Shown here: positions 1 through 8,890 of the stretch, one piece after another
Layout of the letters: each line of letters starts with the position of its first letter
How positions within the stretch are numbered: the stretch's first letter is position 1
NCBI GenBank assembly: GCA_043747615.1
Contig: JAYTOU010000028.1
Span: forward strand, 1 to 41,871
Direction: 5' to 3'
DNA length: 41,871 bases
Source: Myxococcales bacterium
GTDB lineage: Bacteria; Myxococcota_A; Polyangia; Polyangiales; Polyangiaceae
The notes under the pieces: generated by a model
Database searches by the model: none
Seen by the model: only the letters and a program-made list of their open reading frames with translations
What the model was told of the DNA's origin: nothing
Translations under genes and position numbers: made by a program

Positions 1-98
1 AGGTTGACGATGTAGCGCTTTCTCATGCCCAAGCATGGAACATGTTCACGCGTCGATGGAAAGCGAAACCCGTCAGCTCAATGGAACCGAGGCACTAG
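1..98 (-). mobile_element. Probable left end of an IS630-family insertion sequence, transposase truncated by window edge
   Basis: Reverse strand from 26 reads ATG-AGA-AAG-CGC-TAC-ATC-GTC-AAC-CT (MRKRYIVNL), like the 'M-K/R-K-Y-I-V-x-L' start of IS630 HTH ORFs. About 70 bp upstream lies CTAG (95-98), which contains the TA target typical of IS630. Only 9 codons are visible. Confidence 0.45.
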
Positions 99-167
99 CT
101 CGACTCGGCGGCGCCATGTCTATGACGCGGCACTCTCCCCCGAAGGTCGACTAGAGTCGTCCGGAGG

Positions 168-1685
168 ATGAAGGCTTCGCTCCGGAACGCGCTACCGTAC
201 GTCGCCGTGGTCGCGGCGTCGTTCGCGTTTCGTCTGCCTGCGCTCGTGAACGCCGGGACGACGAACTCCGATGCGGCGGTGGTCGGCCTGCAAGCGATGC
301 ACATCCTGCGCGGCGAGTGGTCTCCGTTTCTCCTCGGGAGCGGGTACCAGACGTCGGCGGACGCGGCCGTGGCGGCGTTTTTTTTCATCTTTCTCGGCGC
401 GACGCCCCTCGCACTCATGCTCTCGTCGCTCGCGGGCCATGTGGCGCTCACGTCATTCGTGTTCGCGACCCTGCGTCGCCACGTCGACGGATGGATGGCG
501 GCGGCGCTCTGTCTCCTGCTCGTCTTCACGGGGAGCACGATCCACGGCAACGCTCTCTATCCGCCGCGGCAGATGGCGCTCACCTTGGTCTTCGCGAGCA
601 TCTGGGTCATCGATGGCGCGCCGCGGGCGCCCCGGCCACGCCGACGGCTAGGTATCGGCGCGGCGATGTTCTCGCTTGCGTGTTTCGCGGATCCCTACGC
701 GCTTCTCTTCGCACCGCTCATCGTGCTCTTCGTGGTCTTGGTCACGCACGAAACAGCGCAAAATAAGCGCGAAATGATCATCGCCACCGGGTCCACGGCG
801 CTCGCTTTCGCCGTCGGCGCCATTCCTCTCGCCCTGCTCCGCATGCAGCCACGGTCCCTCGGCGGCGCTACGACGCTCACCACCGACGTCATCGAACGTA
901 ACGCGCACATCCTGAGCGAGTCCTGTCTCCCGTGGGCGCTGGGAACGACGGTCTACGCGCCGGTGCACATGATGGATTACGCGCCGTGGGAGCCGGGGCC
1001 TGCGTTCCACGCCTGGCAGATCCTGAGCGCGTCGATGATCATTGGAGCGATGACGTTCGGTGGCGCGGCGTTCTTCATGAAACGAATCCCGCTCCCCATC
1101 CGCCGTCTCGGGGCGATCGGCCTCGTGTCACTCCCGATGACGACGGCCGCCTTTCTCGTGTCGGTCATGGTGATGGATCATTTCTCCGCGAGGTACCTCG
1201 TCGCGTTTCTCTTGATGATCCCGTTCGCGCTCGCGCCTCTCGCGTGGGTGCTGAAAACAAGGCGATTTCTCATTGTGGTCTTTCCCTACTTGCTCTCGTC
1301 GGCAGTGGCGGGGTGGGTGGGCTACCGCCCCGCGGTGGAGGGGCTTCGTATTCGCAGCGGCCTCACTCGCGACGACGAAGAGCTCGGCCGGGTGCTGCGT
1401 GCCCGCGACATTCACGCCGCGATCGCCGACTACTGGGTCTCGTATCGGTTGACGTTTCTGTATCGCGAAGAGATTGCCGTCGTCCCCACGCACGTCTCAC
1501 AGGATCGCTATCCGCCGTACCGCCGCAGGTTCGAGGCCGCCTCCGCGTACGCGTACATCGTCGATCCGCTGCGCTCCGAGGACACTGTGGAGAGCGTCGA
1601 GACGCGTCTCCGCGAGACCGGCGCACGATTCGAACGCCTTCAGGTAGGGACGCTGACCGCTTTTCTCGTTTCGCGACAAAACTAG
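168..1685 (+). CDS. Polytopic membrane protein, GT-C-fold glycosyltransferase-like (ArnT/PMT-like)
   Basis: 505 aa; GGAGG RBS; roughly 11-12 hydrophobic segments; acidic first-loop motif NSDAAVVGLQAMHIL; soluble C-terminal domain with ADYW. Confidence 0.7.
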   Translation: MKASLRNALPYVAVVAASFAFRLPALVNAGTTNSDAAVVGLQAMHILRGEWSPFLLGSGYQTSADAAVAAFFFIFLGATPLALMLSSLAGHVALTSFVFATLRRHVDGWMAAALCLLLVFTGSTIHGNALYPPRQMALTLVFASIWVIDGAPRAPRPRRRLGIGAAMFSLACFADPYALLFAPLIVLFVVLVTHETAQNKREMIIATGSTALAFAVGAIPLALLRMQPRSLGGATTLTTDVIERNAHILSESCLPWALGTTVYAPVHMMDYAPWEPGPAFHAWQILSASMIIGAMTFGGAAFFMKRIPLPIRRLGAIGLVSLPMTTAAFLVSVMVMDHFSARYLVAFLLMIPFALAPLAWVLKTRRFLIVVFPYLLSSAVAGWVGYRPAVEGLRIRSGLTRDDEELGRVLRARDIHAAIADYWVSYRLTFLYREEIAVVPTHVSQDRYPPYRRRFEAASAYAYIVDPLRSEDTVESVETRLRETGARFERLQVGTLTAFLVSRQN

Positions 1686-1690
1686 CGTTC

Positions 1691-1720
1691 TTGACACATT
1701 TGTTCGAGGCCCCGTACCTT
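1691..1720 (+). promoter_or_regulatory. Sigma70-type promoter candidate
   Basis: TTGACA (1691-1696), 18-nt spacer, TACCTT (1715-1720), 13 nt before ATG 1734. Confidence 0.55.
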
Positions 1721-1733
1721 CGTCGGCGAACGA

Positions 1734-2417
1734 ATGCCTGCCCAACGCGTCGCAAAGCTCGAGGCGTTACTCGCCAGGGTGCAAACCCGTGCCGCCGAAT
1801 CGCGTTCGAGACGCGGTTCGCCCGCGCTGAACGTGGCGCCGATCGTCCATCCACGCTTCGACGGGGACGAGGTCACGGGGAAGCTTGCAGCGGTCGCCGA
1901 ATCGCCGCGCGTGCAGCCCCCGCCGCTCGCCGCCGTCGCCGCGAAGTCGGCGCCGAAGATTGCTGCCGCCCCGCCCGCAAGCCCCGTCGTGCGGCACGTC
2001 GTGCCTGCTCCCGTCGCCGTTGCGAGCGCGGCACCGCCCCTCGTCGTCGACCCTCCGCCCTTCGTCGCTCACGCGGCGCCGGAGGTCGTGCCCCAAGTTT
2101 TCACGCCGCCGCCCGCCCCCGTGCAGGCGATCGCCGAGCCGGCGCTGCCGCCTGGTTTCAGCGCACCTCAGGTTGAACCTGCGGTTGCACCTGCGAGGAC
2201 ACCCAGCCCCGTGCCCGTTGCCATCGCAAAAGTCGCGGAGGCCAAGCCCGCCGCTGCGGCTCGGCCGGCTGCGGTCGTACCCGCTGCAGTGGTAACGGAG
2301 GCGTTGGCACCGCGCGGTCGTCAGTTCGCCGTGGCGGTTCTTCTTATGCTGTGGATTCTCGTCGTCGCAGCGGTCGTCGGCCTGTTCTTTACCGGCCGAC
2401 TCCCGATGCCGATGTAG
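1734..2417 (+). CDS. Pro/Ala-rich protein with C-terminal transmembrane anchor
   Basis: 227 aa; short N-terminal helix (KLEALLARVQTRAAE), long P/A/V low-complexity linker, single C-terminal TM segment. Confidence 0.65.
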   Translation: MPAQRVAKLEALLARVQTRAAESRSRRGSPALNVAPIVHPRFDGDEVTGKLAAVAESPRVQPPPLAAVAAKSAPKIAAAPPASPVVRHVVPAPVAVASAAPPLVVDPPPFVAHAAPEVVPQVFTPPPAPVQAIAEPALPPGFSAPQVEPAVAPARTPSPVPVAIAKVAEAKPAAAARPAAVVPAAVVTEALAPRGRQFAVAVLLMLWILVVAAVVGLFFTGRLPMPM

Positions 2418-2433
2418 CTCCGGCCTGATCGGC

Positions 2434-3327
2434 CTATTTTCCAGCGCCGCACGTCACCGGGCCGAGCTCGGCTGCACCACGAAATCCGTCACCCATCACG
2501 CTGCCCGCGCCCCCTTGGACGTGCGCGTTGGGATCCGAGGTGCCGGCGTCGACGGATGGAGGCGAGCCCGCGTCGTGGGGCTGACCCGCCGCACCTTCCG
2601 TGAACGTCTTGAGCTGGGCGAGGGTGCCTTGAAATTCGTTCGTGTCGACGTTGCCTGAGATTCCGGGGACGGTGCCCGTCGACGAGTCTTGCCAGAAGCG
2701 CCAATCCGTCCACCCGCTGGGCATCGAAGGGCAGCTCGCACCATAGTTCGCGACCCACAGCGGATAGGCGCCGAAGCTCGTGCCAATCGTGGCCGACATG
2801 AAGGCCGCCGTGTAGACGATCGGTTTTCGTCCTGTCGCCGCCTCGATGTGCGCAAGCCACTGCTTGGCGCGCGAGACCACGACGGCGTTCGCCATCCCGT
2901 CCGTCACTTCGAGATCGAGGACCGCTGGAAGGTCGCCTGATGCGATGGCCCCGGCTCCTGCGAGCGCGGCAATCACGAGATCCGCTTGCTGGATTGGATC
3001 CTGTGAAGGGCGAAAGAACTGGTAGGCGCCGCGGATTACGCCGGCCGCCTTCATGCCGTGCCAGTTCGGGACGAAGGTTGCGTCGGTGTGATTGAGGCCG
3101 TCGCTGATGCGCGCAATGCCGAAGACGTGCCCGCTGGCCTTCACCGAGGGCCAGTTGACGGTGCCTTCGTAGGTCGAGACGTCGACCCCTTTAATCGTCG
3201 CGCCCGTGGAGCAGACGCGCAGAGCATTACCCGAGCTACAGCTCGACTCTCCTGTTGGACCGGAGGAGGAACATGCGCCGAGGAGCGCTGCCGAGGCAAT
3301 CGTGACGACCGACCGGAGAGAGAGCAT
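2434..3327 (-). CDS. GH25 family lysozyme (muramidase), lipoprotein
   Basis: Lipobox LLGAC; GVDVS, RGAYQFF, LDLE, LWVANY, FWQ and NVDTN motifs of GH25. Start at ATG 3327 or GTG 3336. Confidence 0.92.
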   Translation of the reverse strand: MLSLRSVVTIASAALLGACSSSGPTGESSCSSGNALRVCSTGATIKGVDVSTYEGTVNWPSVKASGHVFGIARISDGLNHTDATFVPNWHGMKAAGVIRGAYQFFRPSQDPIQQADLVIAALAGAGAIASGDLPAVLDLEVTDGMANAVVVSRAKQWLAHIEAATGRKPIVYTAAFMSATIGTSFGAYPLWVANYGASCPSMPSGWTDWRFWQDSSTGTVPGISGNVDTNEFQGTLAQLKTFTEGAAGQPHDAGSPPSVDAGTSDPNAHVQGGAGSVMGDGFRGAAELGPVTCGAGK

Positions 3328-3339
3328 CTCGCGCACGAG

Positions 3340-3355
3340 TGCAGCCGCCGTGCCT
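3340..3355 (-). promoter_or_regulatory. Sigma54-type -24/-12 promoter candidate for the GH25 gene
   Basis: Minus strand AGGCACGGCGGCTGCA = GG-N10-GC; -12 element about 13 nt before ATG 3327. Confidence 0.5.
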
Positions 3356-3464
3356 GCGTCTTTTCCGCTAAATCACTGCGGTGCGAAGGTGTGCGCTCCG
3401 TGAGAGATCGCGAGCTCACGCGCGAAGGCGGACGGTGCGAGATGTGCGCGTGCTTCCTCGGCGC

Positions 3465-5468
3465 TCAGAGATCCATGGCGTAGACGAAGGACGGCTTCGG
3501 GAAGCGGAGCACGCGCTCGGTGATCACCTTTTGAGGCACGAGATCCCCATCGACGTATTTTTTCGCGAGCACCTCGGCACCGGCCTTGTCGGTCGTCGCC
3601 TTGATCGTTCCTACGCGCTTCATCAGCTTGTCGACCGCAGGCACGACCTTCTCGAAATTCACCGAGAACGCGCCTTTATCCGTGCCATTCGCGGCCATCG
3701 CATTCGCGTCGTACGTGAGCGCGCCTTCGTCCATGAGGAAGCCCATCTGGATGGCAGCGAGCTGGCTGTAGGCTTTGCGTTCGCCCGATTCGGTGTACAT
3801 GCCGCGCGAGATGTGGCCGAAGCCCCACGCGATCGAATCTACGTACGTCTGCTTGGCGAGCTCCGGCGAAATGAGATTTCGCTTGCGCGCGAACTCGACG
3901 AAGTAGAGCGCCCCGCTCTGTGCCTTTAGCTCCTCGAGCATGCTCGCAAGCCCGCCCCCGAAGGCGAGCGTGTCCTTCTTACCGTTGAAGAGGTACTCGT
4001 GCGCGGGCCCGAGGTTGTGCGTTGCCTCGTGGAGGATGGTGGCTAAGAGACCGGGCGTCGTTGCGTCGGCGTACGCGCCGAGGGTCTCCTTCGTGAAGAG
4101 CGATTCGGCTTGCTGGCGGCGGACCTTGAGGCTGTCCGGATCGGTGTAAAGGTTGCTCATCGCCACGGTTCGCCCGCGGCCTTCGTTGGCGACGGGACCC
4201 CAGTTGGGAAGACTCTGACCGATGGTGGCGCCGGTGGGGGTGCGGTCGTCCCCGGCGTTCTCGATGATGTCGATGAAGTCAGGGAGATGAAACGAGACCT
4301 TGCGCGCTTTGTACGGCTCACCGATCAGCGCGGCGAGCGTGGTCTCCATCTCGGTTTCGACCGGCGCGAGCTTCTCTTGCCACTTGAGCGACTCCGTGTT
4401 GATTCGCGCGAAAGTGACGTGAAAACCAGCCTTTTGTGCGCACGGTTCCCAGTAGGTCTCGTCCGCCGCGATCCGCAGATAGAACTTCGAGTTCTGCGCG
4501 TTCATCTTCGCCCACGCTTCGTCGGCGGGCGTCCAGTTGTTGTCCGTGAAGCTCTGTGCGGCGGCCGTAAGGTACGTCTTCAGAGAGGCCTCTTTTGCAT
4601 CGACGATGCCCGCGGCGGCGGCCTTCAGCTCGCCAGCGATGGCCGTCATCTGCTCTTTGTAGGCTTCGGTGTACGGGACCGCACGGAGCGCACCCTTTTC
4701 TTCGCGCACGACCACGAACGGATCGAGGAGCTTCTTCGCGTTCACGTTCTTCTCGAGCGCCTCGCAGAATTTCGGATCCTTCTGCACCGACGCCGGATAG
4801 ACGTCGACCAGCGGCTTGGGTGCGCCAGGGATGGCCGAGCATGCCGGATCTCTTTCCGTCTTCGGACCCGCGCACTTCGGTCCCCAGTTTCGGCGAAAGA
4901 GGCTCTGGCTCGCGGGGTCGTCTGCCGGCACCTGCGCGCTGAGCGGGCTGATCCCTTTCTGCGTCGAGTAGAGCCCGTCGATCAACTTGCTGGCAGTGAG
5001 GACGTGGCGAACGAAAGCCTTTTCCTCGGTCGAAAGGCCCGTGAGGTCGTTGTAGACGAGGGTCGCCTTTCCCTGATCGAGATCCTCTCCCACGAGGGTC
5101 CGGCGCGCGGCGTCCGCTCCGGGCTTCGGGGCCTCTTTGGCTGCGGCGACGATCTTCGAATAGGCCGCCTCGAACGCGGGAGTGAAGGCCCCTTTTTCGA
5201 CCCACGTGCCGTCCGTCGGATAAAAGGCGAGCGCCTTCACTTCATCGGTGTCGATCGCGCCGTTCGCGTTCTTGTCGACCGCCCAATAGAGAGGCAGGTT
5301 CAGGCGCACGGCGAGGCGATTGAAATCCAACCGCGAAAGATCCGAGTGGGCCGCCTTTGCGAGGACTACCGCGCTCGTTTTCGGAGCGACGCTCTTCGCG
5401 GGAGCCCCTCCGCAAGCTGCGAGGACGAGGGCGGCGGACGAGACCAGAGGCTTCAGGAGTTTTTTCAT
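3465..5468 (-). CDS. Zinc metallopeptidase lipoprotein, M49/DPP III-like (HEXXH type)
   Basis: 667 aa; lipobox LAAC; IGQSLPN, LHEATHNLGP and downstream LEELKA motifs. Confidence 0.8.
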   Translation of the reverse strand: MKKLLKPLVSSAALVLAACGGAPAKSVAPKTSAVVLAKAAHSDLSRLDFNRLAVRLNLPLYWAVDKNANGAIDTDEVKALAFYPTDGTWVEKGAFTPAFEAAYSKIVAAAKEAPKPGADAARRTLVGEDLDQGKATLVYNDLTGLSTEEKAFVRHVLTASKLIDGLYSTQKGISPLSAQVPADDPASQSLFRRNWGPKCAGPKTERDPACSAIPGAPKPLVDVYPASVQKDPKFCEALEKNVNAKKLLDPFVVVREEKGALRAVPYTEAYKEQMTAIAGELKAAAAGIVDAKEASLKTYLTAAAQSFTDNNWTPADEAWAKMNAQNSKFYLRIAADETYWEPCAQKAGFHVTFARINTESLKWQEKLAPVETEMETTLAALIGEPYKARKVSFHLPDFIDIIENAGDDRTPTGATIGQSLPNWGPVANEGRGRTVAMSNLYTDPDSLKVRRQQAESLFTKETLGAYADATTPGLLATILHEATHNLGPAHEYLFNGKKDTLAFGGGLASMLEELKAQSGALYFVEFARKRNLISPELAKQTYVDSIAWGFGHISRGMYTESGERKAYSQLAAIQMGFLMDEGALTYDANAMAANGTDKGAFSVNFEKVVPAVDKLMKRVGTIKATTDKAGAEVLAKKYVDGDLVPQKVITERVLRFPKPSFVYAMDL

Positions 5469-5630
5469 TGGCGCGTCGGCACGCTATCAAATGCCGCGAG
5501 CGAATCCAGATCGAGAAGCTCTCGCGGGCGATCGGGGCTTCCGCATCTTCGCTCGCGCGCCGCCGCGCCGCTTCCGTTCGGCTCATTCTTTCCCCGATTG
5601 TGTATAGATCGGTCCCGGTCAAACCAAGGG

Positions 5631-6164
5631 ATGAAATCCATGCGTAAGCTCGCGTTCCTCGTCGTCGTAGGTGTCCTCGGTTGCGGCAGCTCCAAACCTC
5701 ACGTGGTCGCGACCAGGGCGCCCGTGCCGACGCCTCGTCTCTCGCAGATCTCCGACGCCGAGGCCCGCGCCTACCTCGCCGGCCACGAGTACGGTCTCGG
5801 AAGGAGCGCGACGGTCCACCAATTCCCGAGTCCCGCCGTCGTCCTCACCATGATCCCGCAGCTCGTTCTCTTTCAAGATCAGAGTGACCCGGTGAGGGCC
5901 ATTTACGATCGCACCCACACCAAGGTCATCGCTCTCGGAAAACAGCTCGTCGACGAAGAGACGAAGATCGATCACGCGCTCGAGGCGGAGGAGCCCGATT
6001 TGGCCGCCGTCGAGGTGATGATCCGCGAGAGCGCGCGCCTGCAGGGCGAGCTTCGCCTCGCGCACATCCAGGCTCACGTGCAGACGAAGAAGCTACTGCG
6101 GCCCGATCAACTCACCCGCTTTGGAGCCATGCACGGCCACGTAGTCGAGGAGGACGGCGAGTAG
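5631..6164 (+). CDS. Spy/CpxP-like periplasmic helical lipoprotein
   Basis: Real gene is the 3' part of ORF 4110..6164, starting at ATG 5631 or 5640; lipobox VLGC; helical hairpin ending in LLRPDQ (LTxxQ-like). Confidence 0.75.
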   Translation: MKSMRKLAFLVVVGVLGCGSSKPHVVATRAPVPTPRLSQISDAEARAYLAGHEYGLGRSATVHQFPSPAVVLTMIPQLVLFQDQSDPVRAIYDRTHTKVIALGKQLVDEETKIDHALEAEEPDLAAVEVMIRESARLQGELRLAHIQAHVQTKKLLRPDQLTRFGAMHGHVVEEDGE

Positions 6165-6342
6165 CGTCGTCGGCTCAATCCGGTGACGTTGGAGCAATCC
6201 CGAGAACGCGGAGGCCGGCTGTGAGACGGCGACCGGTTTCGCGAGAAACATCACTTGCTCCAGCACGAGCTACCCTCATCGCCTATTTCGTGAGTAGATC
6301 GAATCCGCGCAGCGCGCGTCTCATGCTCACCACTTCAGGAGG

Positions 6343-7728
6343 ATGCCGATGGCTCGGAGTCTAATTTTCACATCGCTTTTGGCGCTCATGCTGGGATGCC
6401 GCTCGGAGCAGCCTGTCGCAAAGAGCCCCGGGGCAGTGGTCGCCGTGCAGCCCGCCACGACCGCTTCGGATCAACCGATCGCGACGGATCCCCCGCGGCG
6501 CGAAGAGAGCAACGACTGGGGAATTCTCGATCGCAACGACAGCGCCGAGTACGCGAACACCATCGCCAAGGTCACCGGGATGGTCTCCGATCGCGAGCTG
6601 CAATCAAAGGTGTCACGTCGAGCCCTCGGCCTCATGAACGTCATGTGGGAAGACACCGGCCGCTCACAGGGCTCGGCGCTTGGACCGAACATCTCCGATC
6701 TCACCCTCCAGGTTCGTCGCCGCGACGAGCAGGGAAACTTCGTGTCCTCTCTCTTGCCCGTCATCCGCCCGCCGAACTTCAGTGATCGCACCGGAGACGT
6801 GCCCGCCGACAAATTTTTCGTGCGCGTCGGAAATGAGCGCGCCGGTTCGTTACGGAGCGTACCTCTCACCGAGGTGCTGCAGAACCTGAAGGCTTTTGCG
6901 TCGATGCCCGAGAGCATCCGCGGTTCGGGGAATCTGCTCGCCCCGCGCGACTCGCATTTTCTGGTGAGCGCGCAGGCCGTGTTTCTGCCGATTCCCAAGA
7001 AGGGGAAGGCGGAGTTCAACCCGGTGCTCTTCAATTACCAATCGGCGCCGGGCTCGCCCGCCGTGCTGTCCATTCTGATCACGCGAGAGGGGACGAGCAT
7101 CAGCGTCATCGAAAATCGCCGCGAGGAACGCTCGGGATCCGGGTCGGGCCAAGAAATTTACTTCAACAACAAAGGGCAGCGGGCGGGCTTCACTGCCGAA
7201 CGAAAGAGCGACGTCGAATCGCGGATTGCCGCGCAAGGTGGCCCGAAGACCGAGGACGATCGCTCGTCGCTCGCCAAGGGAGCCGATGTTCTCTTCCTCG
7301 TGCAAGTGCCGCTCGTGCACAAGAACCTCGGTTACCTGGGCGGCGCGATGCCACTAACGATGGCCGCGGGGGGCAGCGCAATGAAATCCGCCATGCCTGC
7401 TCCGCCCTCGGCAGCACCCATGGCGCAGTCCGAAAGAAGCGACGTCGAGCAGGCGGTCCTCGGGCACGGTCCGAACCTCGGTCCCTTCAACGAGGGGCGC
7501 GAGCTTGCCTTCGTACGCGACACCAAGTTCCCCATTCGGGTGACCGTTCAGTTCTACAAAGCCACGAGCAACGGCGTGGTGAGCGACATCGATCTCGACG
7601 GCATTTCTAGGTCGATCGGCAGCGTGTACGAGCACGCGGAGTTCGTAGGCTCCCTCGTGCTACCCGAGGGCGATCCGCGCCGCCCCACCTCGTGGCAAAA
7701 GATTCCGCGCGAGTGGTTCCCGTGGTGA
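6343..7728 (+). CDS. Uncharacterised lipoprotein
   Basis: 461 aa; AGGAGG RBS; lipobox MLGC; globular region with WEDTGR...GPNISD; no family I can name. Confidence 0.8.
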   Translation: MPMARSLIFTSLLALMLGCRSEQPVAKSPGAVVAVQPATTASDQPIATDPPRREESNDWGILDRNDSAEYANTIAKVTGMVSDRELQSKVSRRALGLMNVMWEDTGRSQGSALGPNISDLTLQVRRRDEQGNFVSSLLPVIRPPNFSDRTGDVPADKFFVRVGNERAGSLRSVPLTEVLQNLKAFASMPESIRGSGNLLAPRDSHFLVSAQAVFLPIPKKGKAEFNPVLFNYQSAPGSPAVLSILITREGTSISVIENRREERSGSGSGQEIYFNNKGQRAGFTAERKSDVESRIAAQGGPKTEDDRSSLAKGADVLFLVQVPLVHKNLGYLGGAMPLTMAAGGSAMKSAMPAPPSAAPMAQSERSDVEQAVLGHGPNLGPFNEGRELAFVRDTKFPIRVTVQFYKATSNGVVSDIDLDGISRSIGSVYEHAEFVGSLVLPEGDPRRPTSWQKIPREWFPW

Positions 7729-7945
7729 CACATCGCGCCCCGATGTGGGATCAAGAAGCGCGGCATTTGAGGCTTACTCTGAGAGGCGGCGTGCGCTGCT
7801 AGGCTTCCTTCGCCATGGTCAAAGCACTCCGAGCCGCGACGACGGCGCGATCGAACCGACCGGTGACGGCGGCAACCAGTAAGCCATCCGTCACCCGCGG
7901 CCTGGTTCGGCACCATTCGCCGTTGATGCGAAGGTCGATTCGATC

Positions 7946-8854
7946 GTGATGGCGCGGTGGATGTTCGCGCTGGGGTTTGTCGTCGCCGTCGCGTGCCGGA
8001 GAGAGCCGGACCGACCAGGAGCGCCTGCCCCGAGTCCCTCGATCGATCCCAAGGCGAGCCTCCTTGAAGCGCGCCCGTACCGCGAGATTGCCCCCGCGGG
8101 CGTGACGGGCGAGGCAGCACCGCTCGTCCTTCTCCTTCACGGGTATTCAGGAAATGGAGAGTCGCTCGACAACGTCTTCCATTTCGAAGACCTCGCGCGC
8201 GACAGCGGAGCCTTTCTTGCCGTTCCCGACGGGTCGCACGACACTCATGGTGCCCGCTTCTGGAATGCCACGGACGCGTGCTGCAATTTCTACGGGAGTG
8301 CGGTCGACGACGTAGCGTACCTCGGCGCCGTCGTCGCCGACATGAAGCGAAAACATCCCATCGATCCAAAGCGCGTATACGTCATTGGTTTCTCCAACGG
8401 CGGCTTCATGGCCCACCGTCTCGCATGCGACATGAGCCCTGAAATCGCGGCGATCGTCACTCTCGGTGCGATGGGCTTCAAAGACGTCACGCGCTGTCGG
8501 CCAAAGGAGACGGTGGCCGTGCTCGAGGTGAACGGCGACGCCGATCGAATCATTCTCTACGACGGCGGCGTTCCCGGCGGCGGTCTTCCCCATGCGGCGC
8601 CGTACCCTTCGGCTGAAGAGAGCCTGCAGGGGTGGGCGGTGCGCAATCGGTGCAGCGAAAAGACGCACGCGGCACCCATCGACATTGCCCGCGACCTTGA
8701 AGCAAGCGAGACGAGCGTGGAGCGCTGGGCGGGCTGCGCTCCCGGCGGCGCCGCAGAGCTGTGGACCATCCATGGAGCGGGCCACGTTCCTCGGCTTTCG
8801 CCGGCGTGGTCGAACCTCGTCTGGCATTTCCTGAGCGCGCATCCGAAACCGTGA
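7946..8854 (+). CDS. Alpha/beta hydrolase, LpqC / PHB-depolymerase-family esterase, lipoprotein
   Basis: Lipobox AVAC; LLHGY oxyanion motif, WNA..ACC, GFSNGG nucleophile elbow, GDAD and GAGH triad motifs. Confidence 0.9.
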   Translation: MMARWMFALGFVVAVACRREPDRPGAPAPSPSIDPKASLLEARPYREIAPAGVTGEAAPLVLLLHGYSGNGESLDNVFHFEDLARDSGAFLAVPDGSHDTHGARFWNATDACCNFYGSAVDDVAYLGAVVADMKRKHPIDPKRVYVIGFSNGGFMAHRLACDMSPEIAAIVTLGAMGFKDVTRCRPKETVAVLEVNGDADRIILYDGGVPGGGLPHAAPYPSAEESLQGWAVRNRCSEKTHAAPIDIARDLEASETSVERWAGCAPGGAAELWTIHGAGHVPRLSPAWSNLVWHFLSAHPKP

Positions 8855-8890
8855 GCTAGACAACAGAAAGAGGCCTACGCTCGCGGTGGA

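Noticed and set aside
2434..3336. GH25 gene as a prophage endolysin
   Set aside because: Has a lipoprotein signal, and no holin, structural or integrase genes are nearby.
4110..5630. N-terminal 500 aa of ORF 4110..6164
   Set aside because: Antisense shadow of the M49-like peptidase; only the part from 5631/5640 looks like a real protein.
7729..7747. Hairpin CACATCG-CGCCC-CGATGTG after the 7728 stop
   Set aside because: No U-tract, so not called as an intrinsic terminator.
6188..7948. Cloverleaf-like spacers as tRNA, hammerhead ribozyme or known riboswitch
   Set aside because: No T-loop/anticodon geometry or CCA, no CUGANGA core, and an incomplete match to the GEMM consensus; kept only as unclassified structures.
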